Origin: Seison nebaliae
Taxonomy: Eukaryota
Assembly (NCBI GenBank): GCA_023231475.1
Contig: JALJEE010000736.1
Location: 1 to 64,000, forward strand
DNA length: 64,000 bases
Reading direction: 5' to 3'
Shown here: positions 39,893 to 52,200 of the stretch, piece by piece
How the letters are laid out: each line of letters begins with the position of its first letter
How positions within the stretch are numbered: the first letter of the stretch is position 1
Translations under genes and position numbers: made by a program
Notes under the pieces: model-generated
What the model saw: only the letters and a program-made list of their open reading frames with translations
What the model was told of the DNA's origin: nothing
The model's database searches: none

Positions 39893-42800
39893 ATGGGGAA
39901 GAATGATGCAGCGCTCAATCAACGTCGTCGACGACGACAACAATTGGGACGTAATCGGACCACATCATTAAAAATGGAATTAACGAAATCTCAATCGAAG
40001 GTTTGTCTTTCTAAATTATTTTCCAAAAAAGTGTGTTTAGTGAGCGTGAGAATAATGAATTATTTCTTTTGACGAATGATTTCTAACGACGATTATAATT
40101 GGTAGAGAGATGGAAGTTAAGTGATGCGAATCATTAAAAAAAAATGAACCGCGAAAATTTTTCTCTTTTCATTTCTATATTTTTTTTTCCTAATTTCTAA
40201 TTTTAGAGAATTCGAGAGAATAAACGATTAACTGGATATTTGAGAGAATTGAATGGATGGAAATATCGAGGACGACATTATTCCGTAAATAATGCGGATA
40301 GTGGAAGTGGTGGTGAAGATGACGACGATGATGATGATGAGGAACAAGATATCGAAGATACAGATGAAGAATCAGATGATGATGTGAAAGAAATAAGACA
40401 ATGGAAAAAATTGAAGAGAAATGGAACGAATAATAAACGTAATCGATATTCAACAGTGACAAATGAGACAAAAAGTGATTTCGTTGGAATAAATCGTCAA
40501 CGGAAGAATCGTCATAATACGACAAGTGAAGCGAATGGAAATCATAGACGAAATCGAATGATAAGAAATCGGAATGCCACAACAGCATTTGAAAGAGAGA
40601 TTCTCATTTCTATCATGGAGAAAAAAGAGATTAGAGCGATTGATTGTAATTCTCTTTCCAGATTATTATTATCAGATCGGAAATTCTGCAAAATTTGGTT
40701 ATTACGTCATCGAGCGAATAATGCGTTTGATATGGCTCGATTAAATGATAAATTAGTTCGACGTTTTCGTCGATTGAAAGTGAAACGATGTCTAGAAAGA
40801 AGACGTATTAATTTCGCTAATTCCGTTATGTCACCATCACCATCATCCAATCATGAAGATCAGAATAATGATGTGATTGTTGTGGAAGAAGAGAAAATAG
40901 AAGAAGAAGAAGAAGAAGAAGTGAAGAAAGTTGTTGAAAAGCAAAAGAAGAAAAAGAAGAAAAAGAAGAAGAAGAAAATGAATGAAGTAATTGAAGGGAA
41001 AAAAGGAGAATTGAAAGAAGGAGTTAAAGTGATGGATTTGAAGAATACAACGATAACTGGATTGGGATGTGATTTATTAGAACGATTGAGATTATGTAAA
41101 GCAACTTGGGGAACGGATAAAGATGAAGATATGGGAAGAACTGGTAGAATGAAAATGTTTCCAATGGATTGTGATTCATCAAGTTGTTCATCAGTCGAAC
41201 GATTTGGTAAACAAGTCAAACAGAAATTACATATAACGGAAGATAAGAAGGATAGTGGAAATGATTCCATCGAAGTGAATGTGATTGATACAAGTGATGA
41301 AGATTTATTTCCTGATTTACGATCACCATCATTACGAGCGAGACTTGGACGAAAACCCAATTTCATCATAAAACGACGACAGAAATCAGCAAATCAAATG
41401 AACAATGGAAAAGTGGAAAAAACGGTAAAGGAACCGGTTTTACCATTGACCAAATCGATTATTCTCGATGAATCAACAATTGGTAAAAGTCCCATTATTG
41501 GATTGGATGGTAAGAGACATGGACGTCAAGAAATGAAATGTCATTCGGAATCCATCGAACATAATGGAGATTGGGGAAATGAGAATAATGAGAAGATGGA
41601 AAGATTGGAAGATAATGGATCATATCGAGATAAACAATTCATTCGTATGTATGCTTCCACTCTCTCTCGTACGACGACAAGTCGAGAGAAAAGACGAAAA
41701 TCTTCACATTCTGTTCAATCGAAACGAGAGAAAATTTTTGATCCAAATTTAGATTATATGAACAAATCACCAATAAGTAAAAATCAAGCGATTTTAGATC
41801 GTATAATGAATTCCACAAGTAGTATGACAACAAATAATTATCATAAACAACCAGTGATAATGAAAAGTTCGAATTCATCAATCGATTCACTTTTATCAAC
41901 ATCATCAGTATCGAACGAATCGAAAAATGAGGAAAGTAGAAAAGAGAAAGATGATGAAGAAATGAAGAATTTGGATGATGAAATGAAAGGAGAAAAAGTT
42001 CCGGTACGAGCTAAATCGAGAGATTGGAATGAATTGGTACGTTTCCGTCGTACACCAGGAAGTGGTTTTTCCGCCAACAATTCCACATTTAACAAATGTC
42101 AATTATCTAATTGTCAACGAGAAGATTTGTGTCAATGGACAAGAGAGACGAGAGAAAAAGATGAAATAAATCGATTGAATTCTCGAATTGGTTACACCAG
42201 ATCGAATTGTGATGATTCCAAATCATTTTGTCGTTTTGATGGACAATTTGATAGAATATTGACGAATGGATGCATTGGAAATCGTGCAGAAAATACTCGA
42301 CTCGCACATAATCAGTCCGAAAAATTTCGGCGTGCGAGTTTGAGAAATGCATTGAATATGCTACGCTCTCTCATTCATCGTCATTATCCATCGGCAGTAA
42401 AAGGAAATGGTTTCGGACGTGAAACAACATTGAATGTTTTGAAAAAAGCTCGATTTATGATTTTCGAACAACAACATCTCTATCGGGGAAAGAATGAACG
42501 TTATCACAAATTGGCTTGTCGTAATCAGCTTCTCAATGAAAAGAAAGAATATTTAGAGAAATTGTTGATAAAATTGAATCGAATGAATTGGAATAAAGAT
42601 AAGAAAGATGAAGAAGAAAAGAAGAAGAAGAAGAAGAATGATTTAATTGTGAAGGAAGTTAAAAAGGAAATGATTCCATTAACAACATCAACACCTTTCA
42701 TTCTCAAACCATCTTTATTACACAAATTTCCATCATCATCATCATCACCGATAATATCGTTGTCATCTACATCGAATTATTGTTCCAGTTCCACAATGTC

Positions 42801-43366
42801 ATTTTCGACGATTCCTGATTATTGTCCAAAAAGTCATGCATCAAGTCTACCACATGAGCGAATGAACGATTATCTCTTCAATCGACCACCACATTTCCCA
42901 TCAACCCATATTAACAATGGTCCATATAAGAAATATGAATCGACGAAATTCTTCATGAAATCGAATGTTGTGAATGGACAACGCTCAATTCACAATCTTA
43001 CCGAACAAAGAAAAACAAAACAACCAATTTACAAACATGTCAATGTGAAGAGTTGTGGAGAGAAGAGTCAAAAGACGAATGATCTCGCATCAGTTCTACT
43101 CAACAATCGATTAGAAAGGATGAACATAAAGGAATGTCGTTCACGTGACAACGATTTGTTTTTGAAGAAGAATCAATCCAAATCCACTAACAATAATTTA
43201 TTTGAATTTGGAAAATGGAAAGGAGAGAAAACTGTTTCGGAACATGGAAGACATTTCCCAAAAGATGGACATGTCTCGCAAAAGATGCGAAGTCAAACGG
43301 AAGATAATCCATCATTTCCATCTAAAGAACAAAATTTAACTTTCCGTTTCGTAATTCCACCACCAC

Positions 43367-43407
<41 letters not shown>

Positions 43408-43770
43408 ATCTCTTCAAATCATATTCAAACATCTACAACTACCACAACAATGATTTCATCCAATACTAATAACAACAACAACAACAATAAACCATTAATA
43501 CCATCAACTTATGGGAATAATTCGGATGGAGTAACTAAACCATCAATCCGGTATAATATTATGAGTCTCAATGATACTCGATTTGGATACAATACGAAAA
43601 ACAACAATACCAACAACAATAATAATGATAATAATGATTGTCGTAATGTGTTGAGTGAATATCGAATATTTAATAATAAACGTCATCAAGAACGGTTTCT
43701 TAATTCAAATTATTTCATATCATTCAAATTTTTATTTTAATTTTTTCTTTCCTCCCATAGATTAGAATAG
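39893..43770 (+). CDS. Large bHLH-ZIP transcription factor of the Myc/Max/Mad network (MXD/MNT/MGA-like), 3 coding exons, about 1200 aa
   Basis: Exons 39893-40000, 40207-43694, 43761-43770, with GTT...AG introns and matching phases. bHLH-ZIP at about 42290-42575: RLAHNQSEKFRRASLRNALNMLRSLI...RETTLNVLKKARFMI...LACRNQLLNEKKEYL. The H-E-R basic residues indicate CACGTG E-box binding. The rest of the protein is low complexity. Confidence 0.78.
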
Positions 43771-44558
43771 ATAACTTGAAAGAAAAAAAAAACGAAATAG
43801 AAATAGATAATGGATTGAATCGTGAGGATTGATGGAGAAGAAAATTAAGAAGAAAAAATCATTTCCCAAAACATTTTCTATTCGAATGTTTTCACATTCA
43901 CATTCTTTCCACGATTCTGTCATGACGACGACAACGAATTTCATCTTCACTTCAAATAATATTCTCATTTATATATTAACCATTCTACATTTTTCTGATA
44001 ATCACAAATTATTGATTTTCTCTTAATTTTATCGATCTTCTTCTTTATCGTCAGATGATGATTGATATGAGCATCGATAATATGGGGAGGTGGGAGGAAG
44101 AGAATTATGTCATTTAAATGATATTATTATTCATTTCTTATCATCTATTATTTTCTATGTAGATTGGAGAATTTTATTTATCATCTTATTATTTGAAGAA
44201 TGAGAATTCCCTTTAATAATTAGAAACGATGAATGAAATCTCTTCAAATTATTCTCTTTCATTCGTCCCATTTATTTCAAGTAAATTTGAGAAGAGACAG
44301 AAGATCTCGGGAGAATAAATGATTTATGAGTTTCTTGAAATTAAAGTTTATTCGATTTTACTTTTTCACAAATTTTATTCATTTCGTCACAATCATTTCT
44401 CAATCTTCTTTATTCTCTCTTTCCCATCTTCCCTCATCAATATATTCATTGATTATTGCACATCATTTAACTTTTATTTTATTAATTTTCCACTTTCTAT
44501 GCATATCCCTCATCATCGACCATCAACATTGTTCCTTCAAACTAAATGCATTTTCATT

Positions 44559-44561
<3 letters not shown>

Positions 44562-44596
<35 letters not shown>
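44562..44596. repeat. (CT)n microsatellite
   Basis: Perfect TC run. Confidence 0.9.
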
Positions 44597-44600
<4 letters not shown>

Positions 44601-46095
44601 TCAAATACTTATTTTCTTATGTTAATTTCTTATGGGAAATTGGAATATCTTCAAAATACATTTCCATCCGCCATACATTCATTTTCTACGAAATAATCCA
44701 TTAATCAAACGTTGCCATAGTTACCAAAATTTTGGAAGACACCAAAATAGATAACGAACCGAATAATTGTTGAAGACGATAAAAAGATGTCAACTTGTGT
44801 CACATCTCCTAAAGAATTATTTTCTCACATTCATTTTTCTCATAAACTTTTTCACTTCTCCTCCACATCTTCATCGACTTGATATATTTTCATGGAAATA
44901 TTCCCATTCTTTTTCTTTCAATTCAAAGACATCTTTTTAGCATGTGGGAAATAAATCTCGTGAGTTTCTCTCGATGTCTTCCTTTCTAATTTTTCATTTA
45001 AATTCATCCTAAATTCCATCTAAACCGTTTTTCAATCGACCAATCGACCAAATGAAAAATTCCATCACAATTTTTTTTGAATGAGTAATCGTTTTTAGAG
45101 AAATTGGGGAGAAGATTATTAATGATTAGCGAGAGAGCGTGTATCGAATATCTCATCGAAATTGATTATTTATTTGAAATTTTTTCTTCATTTCTTCCAT
45201 TTATTCGGTTATCGAGTTATCCAAATTATTACATATACGTATCTACTCATATATTTATCTCAATATTATTTTATTCTCACTGATTAATACGAATCTGTTA
45301 AACAGATAGTATCAATGTTGTTGACACATAAAGTGAGTGGTGGTTGGTTGTGAAAAAGAAATTATAATTTACCAAACTTTTCCTTTCTCACCAAAATTTC
45401 GTTTCTCATACAATTATGTCAAGTTTAGAATTATCTCATCACATATTCACAAAAACGGAATTATATAAATGATATTTATTTTTCTAATTATCACTCAATT
45501 ATCACCGAACTATCATCTTTGAAAAAGATTATAAATTATTCATAATTTCCCCATATTTATTCAAATGATTATTTTAATTCATTCATCCAATATTCTATAT
45601 CATCGGCTATTTTATCGATTATTCAATTCAATCAATAGGAGACGAACTCGAGAAAGTATGATTTAACGCGACGCGAATAACATTTCATTTCTTTCTTTCC
45701 TTCCTTCCTTCCTTCTTGCTTCTTTCTATTCATTTCATCTCCTCTATAACTATTTCCCTTCAACGAAATCATACTAACTTTTCCAATTCGAATAACAATT
45801 CTCTACATTTATTTAGCATTAATTTGAGTTTATGTCGAAAGAAATAAAATTTATCAACCATTTTAACTTACTTACACAACCATTTTTATTCTTTCAACTT
45901 TTTATTCAACAATCTTATTATTTCCCTCACATTAATTTTCAATAATATCAATTCAGTTAAGAGAAGATTGAAATTACTTTGATAAAATTTCTTGGTGAAA
46001 AGTTGTAAAATGAAAAAAAATTATTTTGAGCTATAAAAAATTATATTTAATAATAATCAACATAAGTAAAATAAAAGATAAGTTGAATCGTGTTG

Positions 46096-48707
46096 TTAAA
46101 CAGTTTTTAATTGTTCATGAGATTTCTGATGGAAAATAAAAGAAATTGGATGTTTCCTCTTACCAACCGTCATTGGTAAATGCCATACACTCTTTAACAT
46201 TTGATCAGGCAACTCCCGCAAATTGTTTAGTTGACCACAATGATGCCATTGAGACAGATTGTCTGTACAAGTGGCAGTTGGTGGAGGTGCCTCATTTTCG
46301 ATCGATTTCACACAACGAGAACAATTCAATTTTTCATGAGTATCCGATAAAGTGTTAGGATTGAAGAAAAATATTTCTTTCAAATCATTCAAAGAGAATT
46401 GTCGTTCTACATTCTCCTTCATATCCACAACACAAGAACTCAATGCCTGTTTATGCGTTTGTCTTTGGAAGATCTTCTCCTCCATCGTTCCAGTGGCGAG
46501 AAATCGATAAATGAAACAATTCTTCTTTTGTCCATCTCTCCAAATTCTCGCCATCGCTTGTTGATCATTGGCAGGATTCCAATCTGGATCGAACATGACT
46601 AATCGATTTGCTCCGATTAAATTGAGACCACAACCTCCCGCTTTCGAACTGAGAAGAAAAAGGAAAATTTCATCTTTCTTCATATCATCATCATCATCAT
46701 CATTATCATCGTTGTTATTAACTGTTTTCTTTTTTTTTCTTTTCGAAAAATTTTCTTTCTTTATTATTTTCTCCTTTTTTTTCGGTTCTTCATTATTGAA
46801 ATCATTCACAATTTTTCCACGCTTCTTTATCGACATCGAACCATCAAGACGAACATAACGGTAATTTCTCAATCTCGCCAATTGTTCGAATAGATCTAAT
46901 GTTTGTGTATAATTAGAAATGAGAACGAACTTGTCATTCGTTTCTTTCTTCGTCAATGCTAAGAGTGAATCTAATATCATAAATTTTCCTGATAATTCTA
47001 CCGATAATTTATCATTGGATAAAATATTGAAAAGTTTTGGTGAGATAATTCTCTCTAACAATTGTTGAATTTCATCATCATTATCATTATTCTTTTTATT
47101 GATAATTAATGATGGATGATTACATAATTTCTTGAAAATGGTTAATCGTTTCAAAATGGAAGTGGTTGAATCGGATGTGTCAGATGTTGATCTATCCATC
47201 TTTTCCAGAATCGGTTCCAACAACTTCTGATAGAGAGCTGATTGAATCGGTGTGAGATTGGAACAAATGATCACTTCGTATTTGGATGGGAGATATTTGG
47301 TGAGAAAGATTTGTGTTCGTCGAATGATGCTTTTGGAGACAATCGATAATAATTCCGATAATTTCTCTTCACATTTTTTCTTCTGATCATCATTAGCATC
47401 GATATCACGTCCACGAATTATTGGCAATTCGAATCGTCTCCGAAATTCATTGATGTCCCCCAACAGACCGTTATTGACGAATGATATCAACGAATAATAT
47501 TCCAACAAATCATTTTGAATCGGTGTTCCTGAAATTAATATTCGTCGATTACATGGCAACGAATTCAACGCTTCATATGTCTGATTCTCTCGATTCTTTA
47601 ATCGATGTCCTTCATCACAAATCATTAAACCGATATCGAACTTCTTTTCCTTCTTCTTCTCATCAACTTCCTCTTTCGTCACTATCCTCTTTTTCGAATT
47701 TTTCGTCGACTTCTCAAAATCAGGTACAAATGCATTAATGTGTAATCGAAGTGTCTCATAAGAGACGATGAGAATTGGAGTACAAACTCGATTGCCCATT
47801 TGTCCTATCCAATTCTTTAATCGACTTTCTATTCCCAATTTACCTCCACCATCAATCGATTCTACTCGGAATTGATTTCCCAACCATTTCTTGAACTCGT
47901 TCTCCCAATTCTTCACTAAACTACTCGGCGTTATAATTACAACTTTATTAATCGTCGGCTGACAATTTTTTCCTTGAGTCTAAAAAAATTTCATGAAAAA
48001 ATTTTATAAAAAAATTTTCGCAAAAAATTTTATGAAAAAATTTTATAAAAAAATTTAATGAAAAAATTTTCGGAAAAAATTTCAAAAAAAAGGCAAACTA
48101 ATAAAGTTGAGATTAATGTGATGCATTGTAACGTTTTTCCTAATCCCATCTCATCAGCCATGATGCAACCATGAAAATGTTCAATATTTAATCCTTCAAC
48201 GGCGTCGTACATAAATTTGACGCCTTCACGTTGATGTGGTCGAAGTTTATTTCCAATAATTGGATCGACAACAATATGTACTTCCAATTCCTCTTTATTA
48301 ATATACAACAATTCTTCTTTAGTGAAGATGGGAGGAGAGTAGATAATTAATGCATTCTCTTCATTCGGATCGAATAAACTTCTCTTATTGACGATACAAC
48401 GACGAAGACCCAATCCAATATTGCGATTAGCATTGGACGGTGCATTACCTAGAAATGGTGAACGGAATTCAGATGTGATGATGGATTGAATAATTGACTC
48501 ATGTACATTCGTTTCTTTCACTAAACTCCAAACAGGAATCTTGTTGCAATTGGGTTGAAGTGGAACCGTTTCATTTCCATCATTATTCACTCGAATCAAT
48601 GGCAAACGAGCAATGCCCAATCGTGGCAATTTATCCAATCTCTTCTCATTCTCTTTGTCTCCCTCTTGCAAATTGATCAATTCTAAACTCCTTTTTATAC
48701 GATACAT
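46096..48707 (-). CDS. RAD54L: DNA repair and recombination protein RAD54 (SNF2-family translocase), 2 exons
   Basis: Exons 48707-48099 and 47979-46096. The junction gives LQCITLISTLL|TQGKNCQPTINKVVIITPSSLVKNW. Motifs: VHIVVDP..LRPHQREGVKF, GCIMADEMGLGKT, CDEGHRLKN, SGTPIQNDL, SSKAGGCGLNLIGANRLVMFDPDWNPANDQQAMARIWRDGQKK. Confidence 0.97.
47980..48098. repeat. RAD54 intron composed of AAAAAATTTT-type units
   Basis: About 8 imperfect A-tract/T-tract units, the same type as 6772-6961. Confidence 0.8.
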
Positions 48708-49254
48708 TCGACATCGGCGACTGATTTTTCAACACAATGAAAATTTGAAGAGGAAAATTTGAATTATTTCCAAAAATCCAAATTGTTTTTATTTGAAAAT
48801 TATTGACAATCTCTTATTATCGAGACATTTTCAATTTAAGCTTTAAGAAGCATATTTCCAATTTTACCATTATTAAGCAACATATCCACTAGAATCTAGT
48901 GGCATCTTATAAGAGAGATTTCTTAATGTAAAAACTACAGAATGACATGATTTGTCTCTTCGTTCCTCCTAACTTGACATCCATGCACTAGATAATCGAA
49001 GTGTCATATGAAATTTGCACTCCAAATTTTGGAGTTCAACTGATAACAAAGTATAGTGGTAATGGAAGAAATTAGACAGAATTTTAGGTATTAATTAGAA
49101 AATGAAAATGAATAAGAATTAAATGGAAATTTAAATTTAGTGTAAATTTATTTATTTAAGAAAAATTTTACAAATAATACGAATTGTCTGGAAAAGAGAA
49201 ATGTTTGTATAGAATCGATGGATGGGAAATAAGAAAATGTTAAAATAATATTAA

Positions 49255-52200
49255 TTAATAATTCATAACAACTCCATCTACATTTGTTATGGGAGTGATG
49301 AAATTTTCCATGTATTTCATGACATTGGTATAGAAACCAGGTTCGTCTTTTTGAGCACACGAATTAATTGCGGTAGAGAAACTGACGACTCCATAAAGTA
49401 ACCACCTTTGAATATCTTCTTCATAACAAACGAATGGACCTCCACTGTCACCCTAAACGTCGGAAGGATAAAATAGAAACTATGTTTGAGGAAAAAAATA
49501 AAGAAATCAAACGTTACAACTGTCTTTCCCTCCTTCTAACAATCCAGCACAGAAAGCATTATCTCCAACATCGTCGATCCATTTCTCTGTTTGAGGTGTT
49601 CGACATTCTTGTGGTTTGAATATTTTGAGACGTACGTGTCGTAGGATGGGTGAAGGAATATTACTATTTTGATCTGTTTTCCCGAAACCAGTCACATAAC
49701 AAAACTTGTCATATGGAACAGTAAAATTCTTATTTCGATTTCGAATAGGAGGTAAACATGCCGGTCGTACATGCTGACCATATGGAATCGGTTTTTTCGT
49801 TTTTAAAATGACGATATCATTCAAAATATAATCGTTGCCATTTTTAAATAATCCGTGAGGTCTTAACGGAAATTCTACCTCAGCTACATTCTCTTTTACG
49901 ATATCCGTATCGTTCACTTCGCCAACATTAATATAAAGTACTTTCTGAGTGATTCCCACGTTACTTTAAAAAGAAAATAGAATTAAAAATTTTTTTAATA
50001 AGAACCTGTCGAAGCAATGTTGAGCTGAAATGACGAATCGATTACTAATCAACGTACCACCACAACGATAACCCTCTGGTTTTACTAATTTATGCCAAAT
50101 TGATGCCATCCATGGCCATTGGCCTTGTGGTGACATTTCCCCATTAACGATACGTCCAACCTTACCGTAGTCATCTGGTTTGAATTGATGAGATGGATGA
50201 ATTCCACATTCTAGAAATTTACTCGTCAAATGATCTTTATTAACTGAATGTAAAACTAACGCGGTTCCCCACAACTAATCACAACAACCGCTTGACTTTT
50301 ACATTCATCATTATTTCTCAATTCATTGAAAATATTCAAATATTTCAATGTTGAAGTTAATGTTTCTCCATTTAATTTCATCATTGGAATTGATTGATTG
50401 AAAGTTTGGATGGAACTAATTGGTTCAATTCTCACTATTGCTTCATTTCTTTCAAAATTTTATTTCGGATCATTTTCAAAGAAAAGAGGAAACCCATGTA
50501 ATCCTAAATAATTGCATGCCTCTTGTACAATGATATGATCGACAGGTGGCCAACCATCGGCACATACAAACTTCTTCTTCAATTGAAGATAACCACTAGA
50601 CGGTTGTAAAGACTTCGATAATAACTGCTCCATCAGATATTTCTTATCCGGCTTAATTCCCACTAAAAAATGAATTAATATAATTGGAAGGAGGAAGCTT
50701 AAGAGAAATATTGGAAACCACAACTCATTTCGTCATGTCCATTTGTACAATCCAAGATCGAATTACAAACTTTATCCTGTTCAATCTCCTGTTTTCCATC
50801 ACATGAGAATTCTATGATATTGAAAGTTCAAATATATTTCATGAGAAAAATTGGAGAAGATTAACTTGAAGAGGCATGACAATTCTGCTCATCACTATGA
50901 TCTCCACAATCATTCCTTCCGTCACACACTCTCATGTAGGAGACACACATGAAATTATCACATTCAAATTTTTTAGTTTTTATCGAACATTCTGTGCAGA
51001 TTTGAGAGGATGAGAATTCTTTCAGAAAATCTAACCACATCCATGTTCATCCTCTCCATAAGAACAATCGACGATACCATCACAAACTTGCGATTCCAAA
51101 ATACATGTACTATCACTGGGACACTTATATTGGAGATCATTACATTCTGGAATAGTGAGAATATGTTGAAGATAATATTTAGAAAATATTAACCACAATT
51201 TGGTCTTTCGTCTGATCCATCATCACAATCGTTTACACCGTTACACCAATTCTTCTTATGGACACATTTACCACTGGAACATTTGAATTCGAATGGACTA
51301 CAAACTGAGAGAGAAATTGAGAGAGAACTTAGAGAATATATTTGAAAGAAGAAGAGAATGAACGGCAAAGTTTCTCATCTTCATAAGTCGCTTCTAATTT
51401 ATTAGTTTGTTGACTGAGGAAACTGCAATCGGCAACACCATCACATATGGAGGATTTGGAAATACATTTATTATTTTCTTTACAACGATAATCGGTCGAT
51501 ATTGAACATGGACACGATTTCTCATCTTCCGAATCTGGACAATCTCTAAATTTATCACATCTCCTCCAATTCTCCAGACAAGTACCGTCGTTACATGTCT
51601 GAGAACAAGCATCACAAGATCCATAATGGACATGGATATTGTCGATGGCAATACTATCCATAGCCGTATCATAATAATGGAGCTGAATGATGATTTTCGA
51701 TTTTTCGTTATTTTCCATTTTTACATTCTTTTTCATTTTCTCATATTCGGTAATGAACGGATTCTTCGTCGCTTTAGTCAAATCAATTAAAGTTTTATTA
51801 GTCTTACTAATCAATTTAATTTCCGTTGATAAATGGTTGGAGACCGTATAAATTTGTTGTATGACCAATAAACGAAATGTATTACTCTCAGTGATGGCCA
51901 CTCGAAATTGGAAACAAACATTTCCTGTAATTATGGGAGATTCGATTATCAATTCGGCATTCGCTCCTGTTGATCTGGGTGAAAGAAAATTTCCTAAATT
52001 TAAATATGAAAAATTGAGAAAACGAAAAGTCATCGAACCGAATTTAGTGTAATCATTTATTGGACGAAATCCCATTGGATTACCAGTACTTTCAAGCATT
52101 AAGTTAATCTTGTCCTTTTTCTTAATCATAAATGGATTTAATTCTTCATCTAGAATCGTTTCATTATTTGTTGATGTCATTAAAATATTATCAAAATCCA

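Noticed and set aside
40190..42725. Several minus-strand ORFs (His-rich, poly-Phe, poly-Ser) overlapping the bHLH gene
   Set aside because: They are antisense shadows of GAT/GAA/AAG codon repeats in the plus-strand CDS.
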